Shown here one piece after another: positions 37,962 to 47,218 of a DNA stretch of 64,000 nucleotides. The notes below the pieces were generated by a model. It did no database searches, was not told the DNA's origin, and was given only the letters and a program-made list of their open reading frames with translations. The stretch's first letter is position 1; each line of letters starts with the position of its first letter. The translations under genes were made by a program, and so were the position numbers. Location: assembly GCA_964436955.1 (NCBI GenBank), contig CAYTFC010000004.1, positions 5,872 through 69,871 of the forward strand. The letters are read 5' to 3'. The stretch comes from an uncultured bacterium (GTDB lineage: Bacteria > Chlamydiota > Chlamydiia > Chlamydiales > JAJFMA01).

Positions 37962-39931
37962 GTGCATGAGAAAGGTCGATTTTGTTTACATGTGTTTACA
38001 AGTACGAGCTATGGTAACCTGAACAAAATTTGGCACCTTCCCAAAAATGAAAAACAGGCAGATTTATCGTGTAAATCATTGTTTAAAAAAGCTTTCATGT
38101 GCTTTTACAACATGTTTAAAACAATAATGAACTTAAAACAGCAACGAATCTCTGTCATCAAAATCTTGTGAACAAGAAAGGTCGATTTTGTTTACACTGT
38201 TTACAAAAAACTTTCCATGGATTGAGGGCGACTGCACATATAACCGATCTTCGTAGCTTTAGGGGTCAGTCTTGAACAAGTCATCAACGCGGCGAAGGGA
38301 CCTGCATAACTACTTACTTGGAAGGCGCTAACAACTTAAGAAGGCGACATAGGGGGCGGATCACCCAACCAAAGGGTGTGATGCAGAAATCTTGCGATCC
38401 AAGTCAGGTAGACGGCGTTTCTGACCATCTACCATGACTCAAATTCACTTAGGGGCATAGTTATGTCATCTAGCCACAAACTGCTGGTATAAGAAGCTCA
38501 ATTAACCACCATCATCGTCAATTTCGGAAGCTGGCTGTAGCCGATCGCCTGAATGTAGTTCAAAGACGAAAGCCCGAATAACATTTCGGAGATCATTCAG
38601 CCGACGGAGAATATCACCAAACTAGAAAAAAATGAGAACTCTTCTGTCTGGCAAGAAAGATAATCATTAACTCAGCTCTTTGCTTCCTGAAAAAATGTTA
38701 CTGTGATTAAGAGGGGGCGGTTTTTGTGATTCAGATCAGTCGATTTTGTTTACAAAAAAAGGAAATCACAGGAGATGTTGTGAATGACGGGGGTCGGTTT
38801 TGTTGACAACTGTTTACAAGAACTTGACTCAGTCCTATTTTCTATCCCACATTGTGATCTAAAGAAGTTTTCAGATAAGACGAAAAAACAGATTCAAAAT
38901 AAAATTAGCTCGTGTGAGTCAGGAAGGTCGCTTTTGTTTACATAGGTTTACAAACTCTTTCCTGAATTCAAAAATCTTTCGTTGAAAGTACTAAAAAATC
39001 TATTCTTACTCTAATGAGAGAGCTTTTTTATACTTCTCTGATATAAAAAAAACATTGTTACTTTCCGAAGCTGTCAAGGAGTTGCGTATTCAATATTGTG
39101 AATGATGAGGGTCGATTTTGTTTACACTGTTTACAAGATGTCATTTTAATGAGCAAGGACCTCGACCTAGCACCTTAATTCTGCTTTCTGAGCCTTACAC
39201 AAGCAATACCAAAGTGATTTGGAGTCTTTGCCGTCATGATCAATAATTGCTAATCGAGTACAGAAAAGTGGTTTGTACAAATCCTTTGTTTTTTCTGAAA
39301 ATAGGTTAGTCACACATTCGGAAGGGTTAGCCAGATATTGAGTTTTTCTCGAGAGTAAAGGGTAGTCACTGACCTTTTCAAAAACTATATGTTTGACTTA
39401 TTTCTAAATGTTAAATGCTTTTTTGCTAAATTTTTGCAATTTGCACGCTTTTTTCTCCTGTTTCATGCGAAAACATATTGCAATAGGTAAAAGAGGAAGG
39501 GCGCGGCTTTGATAAAAGGAAATGCTTTAGGCAAGTTATCTTTATTTTCAGATGGGTTTTTTTTGGCTCTCGGAGCGAAGCGGGAGAGAGCCTGTTTACT
39601 GCGAAGCTGTAAACATTTTATATTCTAGTTGAATATAATTAGGGTTGTTTACTTAAGGATAAGTCTAACAAAATAAGGGACTTGCAAAACAGCCTGGGAT
39701 TGAGAAGGGGCGGTCTCGTGAACGAGAGGGGGCGGTATTGAGATTGAGGACGGGCGATCCTGTTTACAAATAGGGTATTTTCAGTGCATAAGAAGGGTCG
39801 ATTTTGTTTACAGTGTTTACAAGAATTAACCCTTTTTTTGAATATCAATTTCCACCTAAGTTTCTAGTGTTTAAGCGCATAAAAATGGATATTCCTTTGT
39901 GATTCAGATAGGTCGCTTTTGTTTACGAAAA
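37962..39931 (+). repeat. iteron field / candidate plasmid-type replication origin
   Basis: Direct repeats with consensus GTGAnnnAnnAGGGTCGATTTTGTTTACAnnGTTTACAAG lie at 37962-38002, 38168-38207, 38726-38754, 38780-38820, 38914-38954, 39098-39137, 39784-39823 and 39899-39931. Degenerate copies lie at 38703-38725 and 39699-39770. All have the same orientation. An inverted core tgtttac..gtaaaca sits at about 39593-39616, and an AT-rich stretch at about 39380-39470. Confidence 0.8.
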
Positions 39932-41569
39932 TTTATCAGCAAATGCCCTCACTTTGTCAGAGACTTCTTTTGTAATGTGCCTCTTTTCATTTAAGAGAAA
40001 ACTGACCATTTGCCCAGTGATGCCAAGATGATTACCAAATTGCCTAACGTTAAGTTTGGATTTTTTGTATATCTCCTTAAATTCTTCAATGCCAAGGGTT
40101 TTATCTTCTTTTTTCTCTAGTGCTGGTATTTCTCTATTTGCTTGTACGAGTCTTAATTCTTGCCCTAACCACTCAGGTGGAGTAAGTGTAAGAGAACAAC
40201 TAAAAGGATCTGCACATTCAGAAGGCAAAAACTTTTCTCCTGTGTGAGACCAGTCTCCTAAGTATCCATGCTCTTTCATATAGCTAAGCTCGGACTCTAG
40301 AGATCTAAGGTCTCTCATCTTATATCTTCCTGATGGATCTAAATCGCACCAGTCCATTAAGCTGCGAATGGATATTTTCTGTTGAGGGTTCATTCTCCAG
40401 AAAATGGCCAATAATGGAGTTAGGTAAATTGTAAGAGGATGCTCACGATGGTTCTCCTGAGCAATTTTCTTTAGAAGTTTGGTATATTTGGCAGATTGTC
40501 CATCTTTTGGTTCAAATGCATTTTTATACCAAAAATCAGTCGCTCTCAGCTTGATTTTTTCATCAATGATAACCTTATCGAATATCTCTTGCCTGAATCC
40601 ATCGATGCTAAAAAGGCGTTCTCCCTGGATGACCTCTTTTTTTCCCTCTTTTTTTCTAGCCGTGATAAAAAGACTCTGAAAGACTCTGATAATCTCGCTT
40701 GCAGTCTTCTTTAATTCATGATCATAGGTGCCATTAGCCTTTTTTCTATGACCCAGTCTTGCTAGATGATCATTTACACTCCAAATGAAATGGCCCTTTC
40801 TAAAATTTTCTTCTAGGCCAATTAAGAAACCTAGAAGATGCCGCAGTCCTTCAGCACCAAATGTGCGCTTGATATAAAGGGCTAAGCTAACCTCTCTGAA
40901 GTGAATGTCAGATTTGAAAAGCGAAATGTCAATTTCAGCCTGCGCTTCTACTTTTGGATTATCGCTTACGACTGCAATATATTTTTCTTCAATCGTTTCC
41001 CGTCCATTAAGATAGGAAGCAGTTTTTTCGACTTTTAATATTGAAGACAGGAATTCCTCAGCCTCTTTTTGCTCTATTGCAGTCCATTCGGAATGAGGCT
41101 TGCTTAACAGTCTTCTTGGAATCATATCTGGCTTTCCGGCAAACATGGCAAGCAACGTAAACATGAGAGCATGCGATGGAAGAGCAAATGTGTCTTTATT
41201 TGACGATTGGTCGATAATGTTTTGAATAGCCTCTTCTATAAGAGAGCGTTGAGCGGTAGGACCCATCTCATTAAGGATATTCTTCAAAGAGACAAGTTGA
41301 TTTGGAGAAAAGCTCTGTATGGGCGATATGGCGGATTCCCATTCTTGTTTTTCTGAGGATTTTATTTTAAGCGACATGCCAAGTAGTTGCATGTCTTCAA
41401 CAGAGTCTAAAATTTCGACGGTTTTTCCCGTTTTTTTATCAACGACGTGGAGTTGATAACTTGTTTCCGTATCCTTTGGAGGGATAATGAGCTCACCGAC
41501 AAGCGGAATTGAAGGCTTTTTTACTTTTTTTGATTTCATTTTTTCTTTGGTAGTGTTCATATCGCTCAT
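39923..41569 (-). CDS. putative replication initiator / iteron-binding protein with C-terminal HTH
   Basis: The C-terminal XRE-like HTH is LNVRQFGNHLGITGQMVSFLLNEKRHITKEV. It lies between the primase-helicase gene and the iterons, and its stop codon lies inside the last iteron. The function is inferred from position only. Confidence 0.4.
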   Translation of the reverse strand: MSDMNTTKEKMKSKKVKKPSIPLVGELIIPPKDTETSYQLHVVDKKTGKTVEILDSVEDMQLLGMSLKIKSSEKQEWESAISPIQSFSPNQLVSLKNILNEMGPTAQRSLIEEAIQNIIDQSSNKDTFALPSHALMFTLLAMFAGKPDMIPRRLLSKPHSEWTAIEQKEAEEFLSSILKVEKTASYLNGRETIEEKYIAVVSDNPKVEAQAEIDISLFKSDIHFREVSLALYIKRTFGAEGLRHLLGFLIGLEENFRKGHFIWSVNDHLARLGHRKKANGTYDHELKKTASEIIRVFQSLFITARKKEGKKEVIQGERLFSIDGFRQEIFDKVIIDEKIKLRATDFWYKNAFEPKDGQSAKYTKLLKKIAQENHREHPLTIYLTPLLAIFWRMNPQQKISIRSLMDWCDLDPSGRYKMRDLRSLESELSYMKEHGYLGDWSHTGEKFLPSECADPFSCSLTLTPPEWLGQELRLVQANREIPALEKKEDKTLGIEEFKEIYKKSKLNVRQFGNHLGITGQMVSFLLNEKRHITKEVSDKVRAFADKFS

Positions 41570-43911
41570 TTTTTCTCTTTTAGTGTAGACAAGGGCCTGT
41601 CAAATACCAAAGAGATGGTTTGATTGGATGGGCCATTGCGGTTTTTAAGGACAACAAAATCGAGGTCCACAGTTCTACTCATTAGGGATTCTCCCTTGCT
41701 GTCTGATTTTTCTTTAGCGTCATTCCAGATACCTAAAACAAGTTTAGCATCGTTTTCAATATCCCCAGCTTCGCGCAAATTATCGAGGCGTAAAACTTCT
41801 TGCTTGGTGTTTCCCCTTCCAAATTGTGCTCCAAGAATGATCGGAACTGAATTGAATTTTGCTGTTTCCAGAATTGTTTCAGAGATTTTTTGCAGTTCTA
41901 GCTGTCTTGTAGAGGATTTTCCTTTGAATTTTATTTTTTGAATATAATCAATGAAGATTGCCCCCATTTTTCCACGTTCTTTCAAACTGGCGATGACTTT
42001 GCTTAGGTCATCCACAAAATAAGGAAAATCACTGACAACCAATCTATGGCTTTCAGTCAGGGATTGAAGAAGAGCAACTCCTTCATTGATCTTAGGATTT
42101 TTTGTAAAACCCCCTCTCAGATATCCTTCTAGGTTGCCAAGGTTATTGGCTTCATTGATAAATTCCCCTGTTAGGATATTCAGAACTTTTAAAAGAATTT
42201 GATTTTTAGGTTCTTCGTAAGAGAAAAAGTAAAATTCTCTATCTGGGTAGAGTTTGACCATATTAACGAAAAAATTAAGCAAAGCTGTTGTTTTTCCATG
42301 CGAAGGTCTTCCAGCAATAATGGTGATGGCTTCTTGAGGGATTTGAATGGTAGCATCAAGCGATTTATATCCAGTTTTCAAGCCTTCTTGAATAGATGAC
42401 AAATCTTGTTTTAGGTTTTCTACAGTATAGGGCTTAAGCAGAAAGTCATCTTTTTTATGCTCTTTTTTTACTTGAGAAAGAATCTGCTCGGCTTTCTTTA
42501 TTTCTCCGAGTGAAATAAGCTTTTGAGCCTCTGCAAGGGATTTTTTGTAATTTTCATCTTCCTCTTTCTTTTTTTGCTCTTTTAGGGATTTAGCCATAAT
42601 GTCATCAATCTCATTAGGACTAAGATTGAAAATTGCTTCCATTTCTTGCTTAAAGATACTCTTGTCTAAAGCATCTTCAATTTTAACATATTCTTTGGAG
42701 GCTCTTCCTAATGCAGAATAACGACCCATGTCAGTGTTTAGGTCGTCTTTATAAGCAAGATAAGAAGGAAGCCATCTCGCTCGCGATTGAGCTTTTTCTT
42801 TGATCAATTTTTTTAATGCGTCATGACCGTTAGATTTGACGTATTCATCCGGATCCTTAAACGGGCTGAGAAGATGAGGAGGAAGAATAAATGCTTTGAT
42901 TCCGTTTGCCTCTAAAATGTCCGAGGCTTTTTTAGCCTTTTCAATAGATCCAATCTCCCCTTTGCTATCCTTAGAATCATTGTCAAAAATAATGACGACA
43001 CTTTCTATTTCATAAATCCTTAAACTTTCGAGGTGCTTAGAAGATAAGTCCCCTTGACCGGTTGCAACGATATTTTGAATTCCAAGGCTAGGGAGATAGG
43101 CAGCATCTGGAAGCCCTTCGACGAGAAGAAGCTGGCTTTCGCGTTTGCATTTATAAATGTTGAAGAGATCGTCTTTTTTGAGACCAGCTGTATAGCTCCA
43201 TCTATAAAGCTTTCCATCGGAATCAGGAACACCTTCTTTAATGGTTGCTCTTTTTGCGAAGCCTAATATTTTTCCGAACTTGTCTCTATAAGGAAGTGCT
43301 GCTCTAAAAAGATCTCCGCCTGCGCCATTGAGTTTAATTTCGCTTATTTCGTGATGTCTTTCTGGAGGAAGCTGAGACCTTAGATGCTCTCTTATTTGCG
43401 CGTCCTTAGGCCAATACATCCATTCTGTCGTCAAAAGCTTTGCAGCATCATACCCCCTTACTTCAGTCAGATATTGAAATGCTTCTTTTCCTTCTTTCTT
43501 TGCGAGCATGGTTTTCCCATATTCGAAGACCAATTCATACAGGTTGGCGAGAGCGTAAGATTTTTTAGTCTCAGGAGCAACGGGGTTATGTTTATGCAAC
43601 TCGTCTAGTAAATCACAACGAAAGGTTTCTGCTAGATATTTGCATGCATCCACATAGCCAAAGCCTTTTTCCCTTTGGACAAGTTCTATTACATCAAAGG
43701 ATTCATTACAGCTAAAGCAATGAAATTGACTCCATCCAGAACCTAGCCTAAAGCATTGACCAGTTTTTGACTCATGCCCTGAAATGCATTTTCCAACCAA
43801 ATAACCGCCAACGCGCTTGAGATTTAATTTATGATGGAGGTCTAGATGTTCAGCAACCTCCTCAATGCGTATAGAGGCCTTTAGTTTTTCTTTTACCAAA
43901 TTGTCAATCAT
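41566..43911 (-). CDS. bifunctional primase-helicase (zinc finger + Toprim + DnaB/RecA-like helicase)
   Basis: CHC2-like finger (CISGHESKTGQCF...HCFSCNESFDVIELV), Toprim (LLLVEGLPDAAY...IIFDNDSKD), Walker A (GRPSHGKTT) and Walker B (IFIDYIQKI). Confidence 0.85.
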   Translation of the reverse strand: MIDNLVKEKLKASIRIEEVAEHLDLHHKLNLKRVGGYLVGKCISGHESKTGQCFRLGSGWSQFHCFSCNESFDVIELVQREKGFGYVDACKYLAETFRCDLLDELHKHNPVAPETKKSYALANLYELVFEYGKTMLAKKEGKEAFQYLTEVRGYDAAKLLTTEWMYWPKDAQIREHLRSQLPPERHHEISEIKLNGAGGDLFRAALPYRDKFGKILGFAKRATIKEGVPDSDGKLYRWSYTAGLKKDDLFNIYKCKRESQLLLVEGLPDAAYLPSLGIQNIVATGQGDLSSKHLESLRIYEIESVVIIFDNDSKDSKGEIGSIEKAKKASDILEANGIKAFILPPHLLSPFKDPDEYVKSNGHDALKKLIKEKAQSRARWLPSYLAYKDDLNTDMGRYSALGRASKEYVKIEDALDKSIFKQEMEAIFNLSPNEIDDIMAKSLKEQKKKEEDENYKKSLAEAQKLISLGEIKKAEQILSQVKKEHKKDDFLLKPYTVENLKQDLSSIQEGLKTGYKSLDATIQIPQEAITIIAGRPSHGKTTALLNFFVNMVKLYPDREFYFFSYEEPKNQILLKVLNILTGEFINEANNLGNLEGYLRGGFTKNPKINEGVALLQSLTESHRLVVSDFPYFVDDLSKVIASLKERGKMGAIFIDYIQKIKFKGKSSTRQLELQKISETILETAKFNSVPIILGAQFGRGNTKQEVLRLDNLREAGDIENDAKLVLGIWNDAKEKSDSKGESLMSRTVDLDFVVLKNRNGPSNQTISLVFDRPLSTLKEKK

Positions 43912-43956
43912 GCTCAGTCCCCGTCAGACTTCTCTCAAAGCCAACTATTTCTCTGT

Positions 43957-44463
43957 TTATTGTGTTTGTTGTTCTTCTTCCATTTTGATGAGCCACTGAA
44001 TGGCTTCGCAGATCATTTCAGATTTTTCTGTTTTCCGTCCCTGCAGCATCCGATTTGCATAAAGATCATTGAAAGCTTTGTAAATGTCTTCAGTCAAATT
44101 AAAGGTCATTTTATAGGTTGGAATTTTTTGTGTTTGCTGTTTTGTAGTTGGAAATATGGTTGTTGGCCGGGTTGTTTGAGTTTCTTGTTTGACATCCGGA
44201 TTAGTTTCCAACTTTCCATTTTGTTGGATTGTTGTGTGGCCAGCTTTATTGTTAAGCGATTGGCTTATTTCCTGGAAAGATGGACTTCCAGCTGGGTGGG
44301 AATCTGGCTTGTTTTCTAGTTGGTTTGCTGGCTGGATTGTTTGTTTGCTTTCTGGTTTCCCTTCTTTCTGGTTGTCCAGCTTCCCAACCGGTTGATTATC
44401 ATACATTTCATCTATTGATAACTTAGCTTTTTTCTTAATTTCACTAATTCCTGACATATGCAC
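43957..44463 (-). CDS. ParA partner: centromere-binding-like protein with a C-terminal RHH and a low-complexity Q/P/N/K N-terminus
   Basis: It overlaps the parA stop by 20 nt. The C-terminus YKMTFNLTEDIYKAFNDLYANRMLQGRKTEKSEMICEAIQWLIK has the RHH pattern. Confidence 0.55.
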   Translation of the reverse strand: MHMSGISEIKKKAKLSIDEMYDNQPVGKLDNQKEGKPESKQTIQPANQLENKPDSHPAGSPSFQEISQSLNNKAGHTTIQQNGKLETNPDVKQETQTTRPTTIFPTTKQQTQKIPTYKMTFNLTEDIYKAFNDLYANRMLQGRKTEKSEMICEAIQWLIKMEEEQQTQ

Positions 44464-45226
44464 CTAACCTTTCCATTAGTTCGTTTGTAAAATCATGGTA
44501 AGCCTTAGCGCTTGAACAATTAGGATCGAAATCGAAAATTGCTTTAGCTGCTTCTTGTGATTCCTTCAATTTCACGTTTTCAGGAATTCGTGTATTGAAG
44601 ACTTTTTCTCCGAATAGATCATTAATGGCGTCGTATATTCTTTTGGAATGATTAGTAGACATTTTGAAGAAAGTGAATAAGACTCCTAGAATTTCAGCAC
44701 GATGATTGACCAATTGACCGACTTTCTTATTTGTTCGGTTGATGGTATCCATGAAATTCTGCATTCCAGCTAGGTTGAAGTAGTCCAGCCCAACAGGCAA
44801 TATAATATAATCGGCTGCCAATACAGCATTTGTAAGAAGAGTTCCAAACGTAGGGGAGGTATCAATGATTATATAATCATAGGTGAGATCGACTAGTTTT
44901 GAACGAAGAGCAAATTCTTTAGCTTGAATTTGAGCGAGTTTAACATCTGCTACAGCTAAAGAGACATCTGAAGGGAGAATGTGGAGGCCTTCTATATAAG
45001 TGTCTTGCACGATATCTTTGACTTCGCATTCTTCTTGGCAAAGCAATTCAGCAATCGTTTGACGATTCTCTGTTTTGATTCCTAGGCCTATTGTGGAGTT
45101 GCCTTGCGGGTCTAAGTCTATCAATAAGACTTTCTTGCCAGCATAAGCTAAACCAGCCGCAAGGTTGATGCTAGAGGTCGTTTTCCCGCATCCTCCTTTT
45201 TGATTGGAGATGGCTATTTTGAACAT
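44444..45226 (-). CDS. parA: ParA/Soj-family partition ATPase
   Basis: Deviant Walker A (NQKGGCGKTTSS), plus LLIDLDPQGN and IIIDTSP. Confidence 0.9.
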   Translation of the reverse strand: MFKIAISNQKGGCGKTTSSINLAAGLAYAGKKVLLIDLDPQGNSTIGLGIKTENRQTIAELLCQEECEVKDIVQDTYIEGLHILPSDVSLAVADVKLAQIQAKEFALRSKLVDLTYDYIIIDTSPTFGTLLTNAVLAADYIILPVGLDYFNLAGMQNFMDTINRTNKKVGQLVNHRAEILGVLFTFFKMSTNHSKRIYDAINDLFGEKVFNTRIPENVKLKESQEAAKAIFDFDPNCSSAKAYHDFTNELMERLGAYVRN

Positions 45227-45389
45227 TGATTGAGTCCTTGGGTTAAATGAGTCCGTAAGCCACCAATCTAATCCAGTCGCCTATTTAAGTAAACAGTGAA
45301 TTGATGATTTACTGGAATCAATGATACTGCTAAGATGAGGAACATCTCAATAATGGTTATAGCAAATCGATACAAGAAGAAGGTAGAAA

Positions 45390-45560
45390 ATGGCTAAAAA
45401 ACCTGTTAAAGAACTGCCTGAGAAGCCAAAAAGGGCTCGAATTACTTTAGAGTGTTCCCCTGAAACGAGAAAAGCGATCAGGATTATGGCTGCTCAGAAC
45501 GACAAGAGCATGAATGATTTCATTCTTTCAATTGTACTAGAAAAAATGAATGTGAAGTAA
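45390..45560 (+). CDS. 56-aa ribbon-helix-helix protein, divergent from parA (not in the ORF track)
   Basis: Hand translation gives MAKKPVKELPEKPKRARITLECSPETRKAIRIMAAQNDKSMNDFILSIVLEKMNVK. SD aaggtag precedes the ATG. It is a paralog of ORF 864-1094. A hairpin at 45592-45622 follows. Confidence 0.55.
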   Translation: MAKKPVKELPEKPKRARITLECSPETRKAIRIMAAQNDKSMNDFILSIVLEKMNVK

Positions 45561-45660
45561 ATGTCCGGTGCCTAGTCGTTCTGATTAGGCTCGTTTCTCT
45601 TTTTTAAAACGAAAGAGAAACGCTGCTTCCCTTTATAAAAAATAAATTATTTATAACCAA

Positions 45661-45810
45661 AACTGGATGGCTTATTTTCTGGACACCCATCTGGTTGGAT
45701 AGTAAGAATGGCGGGTGGTTGTCTGGCTTTATGGATGTCCAGATCTGTGGCTTGTTGGTAGTCTGGCTGGTTTAAAAGATTTCCAGATGGATGGTTGGGT
45801 TTCTGGTAAT
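45661..45810. repeat. cluster of degenerate TCTGG(N)TGG / CCAGA repeats upstream of the parA region
   Basis: Examples read directly: aactggatgg, ttctggac, atctggttgg, gtctggct, tccagatctgtgg, gtctggctgg, tccagatggatgg and ttctgg. No ORF spans this stretch. Confidence 0.6.
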
Positions 45811-45902
45811 CCATTTACATGTTTAAATGGAATTCCATAAACCCAACCATATTAGTTTCATTGTATTATGTCTTGCGAATGATTTCAAATTCTTATTTTA
45901 TT

Positions 45903-46346
45903 CTATTGAACTGAGGCTGCCGCGGATTTTTCTTTCATTTTTAAATCATAGCTTATGACTTTATTGTCTATTTGTTCCGGTGCTAGCCCGGACATTAAAG
46001 CATGTTCGTTTAAGCAAGCTTGATAATTGGGATCAGCGTTATTCTTTAAAGTGGCAAGTGTTTCTAGGTTAGCAGGGGGGATTGCAACATCTGTGTGAGA
46101 GTTAATGAATCCTTTTACAGCTTGCCAAGTGACTAATGTTCTATGGGGAACAATGGGTGTATAAAAAGGATCCATCCCTTCCACAGAAACTAAAACTTTA
46201 GTTGATTCGATGTGATGCAAAATGTTGGGTGATCCATCCGTGTGAACGATTTCTAACGATCCGTAGCATTTCGCATCGAAATCAAACGAGATCTGCTTGC
46301 CAGGGTAAATGCTTTTAAAAAATTCTTTGGCTTCATAGTAGTTCAT
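45903..46346 (-). CDS. hypothetical protein, last gene of the fibre operon
   Basis: Start at ATG 46346 after SD aggag (MNYYEAKEFF...). The track's 186-aa form would overlap the upstream gene by 107 nt. Confidence 0.5.
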   Translation of the reverse strand: MNYYEAKEFFKSIYPGKQISFDFDAKCYGSLEIVHTDGSPNILHHIESTKVLVSVEGMDPFYTPIVPHRTLVTWQAVKGFINSHTDVAIPPANLETLATLKNNADPNYQACLNEHALMSGLAPEQIDNKVISYDLKMKEKSAAASVQ

Positions 46347-46356
46347 TTTTTTTCTC

Positions 46357-47031
46357 CTAAATAAAATAGCCTGTTGAAAATTGGTAACCGCCATTGTTGG
46401 TAACACTGTCTTGAGTAGTAATTCCTGCTCCATAAGCATATGCACGATAAACTGTAGAGGCAATTTGCGCTTGAATATTCGATACGTAGAAAGTGCCTAC
46501 ATTTCTATAGGCACCTGCCACTATTTGGCCAACTCCTAATCCATCATTTCTGACAGTGAAGGGGAGTCCTCCGATATTCACAATGCCTGTTCCTGTGTTA
46601 GTTTGCGTAGATGAGTTATAAACTATGTGGCATACATTTCCCATTCTTTGATAATAGCCAAATTGGAAAAAATACACTCCAGAACCAGCTGTGGTTGCTC
46701 CAGTCAAAGTCGGAGTGAATGTGCCTTCTGAAAAAGTTGACAGAACGTTCGTTCCTGAATTAAAGGATATCCCAGAAAACCAAATATTTCCTGTGGATGG
46801 ATCAGCCGTTAAAACAGTGGATCCAGAAGATGGGTCTATTGTTCCACTTGCTGCGTGAGTAATCTTTAATCGATTTGAATCACTAAAATCGACACCCATT
46901 GAATACGAACGTGTTGTCCCTATGGATAGTTGATACCAAACATCACTAGAAACTGTCGGTTGAGTGACTGTTGCTGAATTGATGATTTTAGCTTTATATA
47001 GCGTATTGTTATCAGAATTATTGATCGCCAT
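46357..47031 (-). CDS. tail-fibre-like protein with the shared MAxNNS N-terminus
   Basis: The N-terminus MAINNSDNN resembles the four upstream fibre genes. The composition is Ser/Thr/Gly-rich and beta-type. Confidence 0.5.
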   Translation of the reverse strand: MAINNSDNNTLYKAKIINSATVTQPTVSSDVWYQLSIGTTRSYSMGVDFSDSNRLKITHAASGTIDPSSGSTVLTADPSTGNIWFSGISFNSGTNVLSTFSEGTFTPTLTGATTAGSGVYFFQFGYYQRMGNVCHIVYNSSTQTNTGTGIVNIGGLPFTVRNDGLGVGQIVAGAYRNVGTFYVSNIQAQIASTVYRAYAYGAGITTQDSVTNNGGYQFSTGYFI

Positions 47032-47094
47032 GTGTTTACCTCAATAAAGCCCGTAAACTTCAAATTTAGGGCGGCTAGCTTTACCAGACATTTT

Positions 47095-47166
47095 CTTGGA
47101 TGTCTGGGTGTCTGGATGTTTGGAATTCCAACTATCTGGATTCCTGGTTTCCCAACCATCAGATTA
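47095..47166. repeat. nine tandem 8-bp units (consensus TCTGGATG) in an intergenic spacer
   Basis: The units read cttggatg|tctgggtg|tctggatg|tttggaat|tccaacta|tctggatt|cctggttt|cccaacca|tcagatta. An inverted copy ccagacat lies at 47084-47091. Confidence 0.75.
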
Positions 47167-47218
47167 TCAACGTTTACTTCACGTTGAAAGTCACAGGAAA
47201 ACATATTTTAATCCGATT

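Noticed and set aside
37748-39848. Short ORFs inside the iteron field (37748-37957, 37962-38171, 39639-39848)
   Set aside because: They begin or end within iterons, have no ribosome-binding sites, and their sequences are dictated by the repeats.
37552-39930. DnaA boxes or tRNA/tmRNA genes in the non-coding regions
   Set aside because: Only weak 7/9 matches to TTATCCACA were seen (for example aaatccaca near 37565). No cloverleaf-compatible sequence or tmRNA/RNase P signature could be recognised by eye. This needs tRNAscan and Infernal to settle.
37962-39931. Possibility that the ~40-bp direct repeats form a CRISPR array
   Set aside because: Spacing is highly irregular (tens to about 500 bp). 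Degenerate and half copies are present. No cas genes are seen, and the position next to the Rep-like and helicase genes fits iterons.
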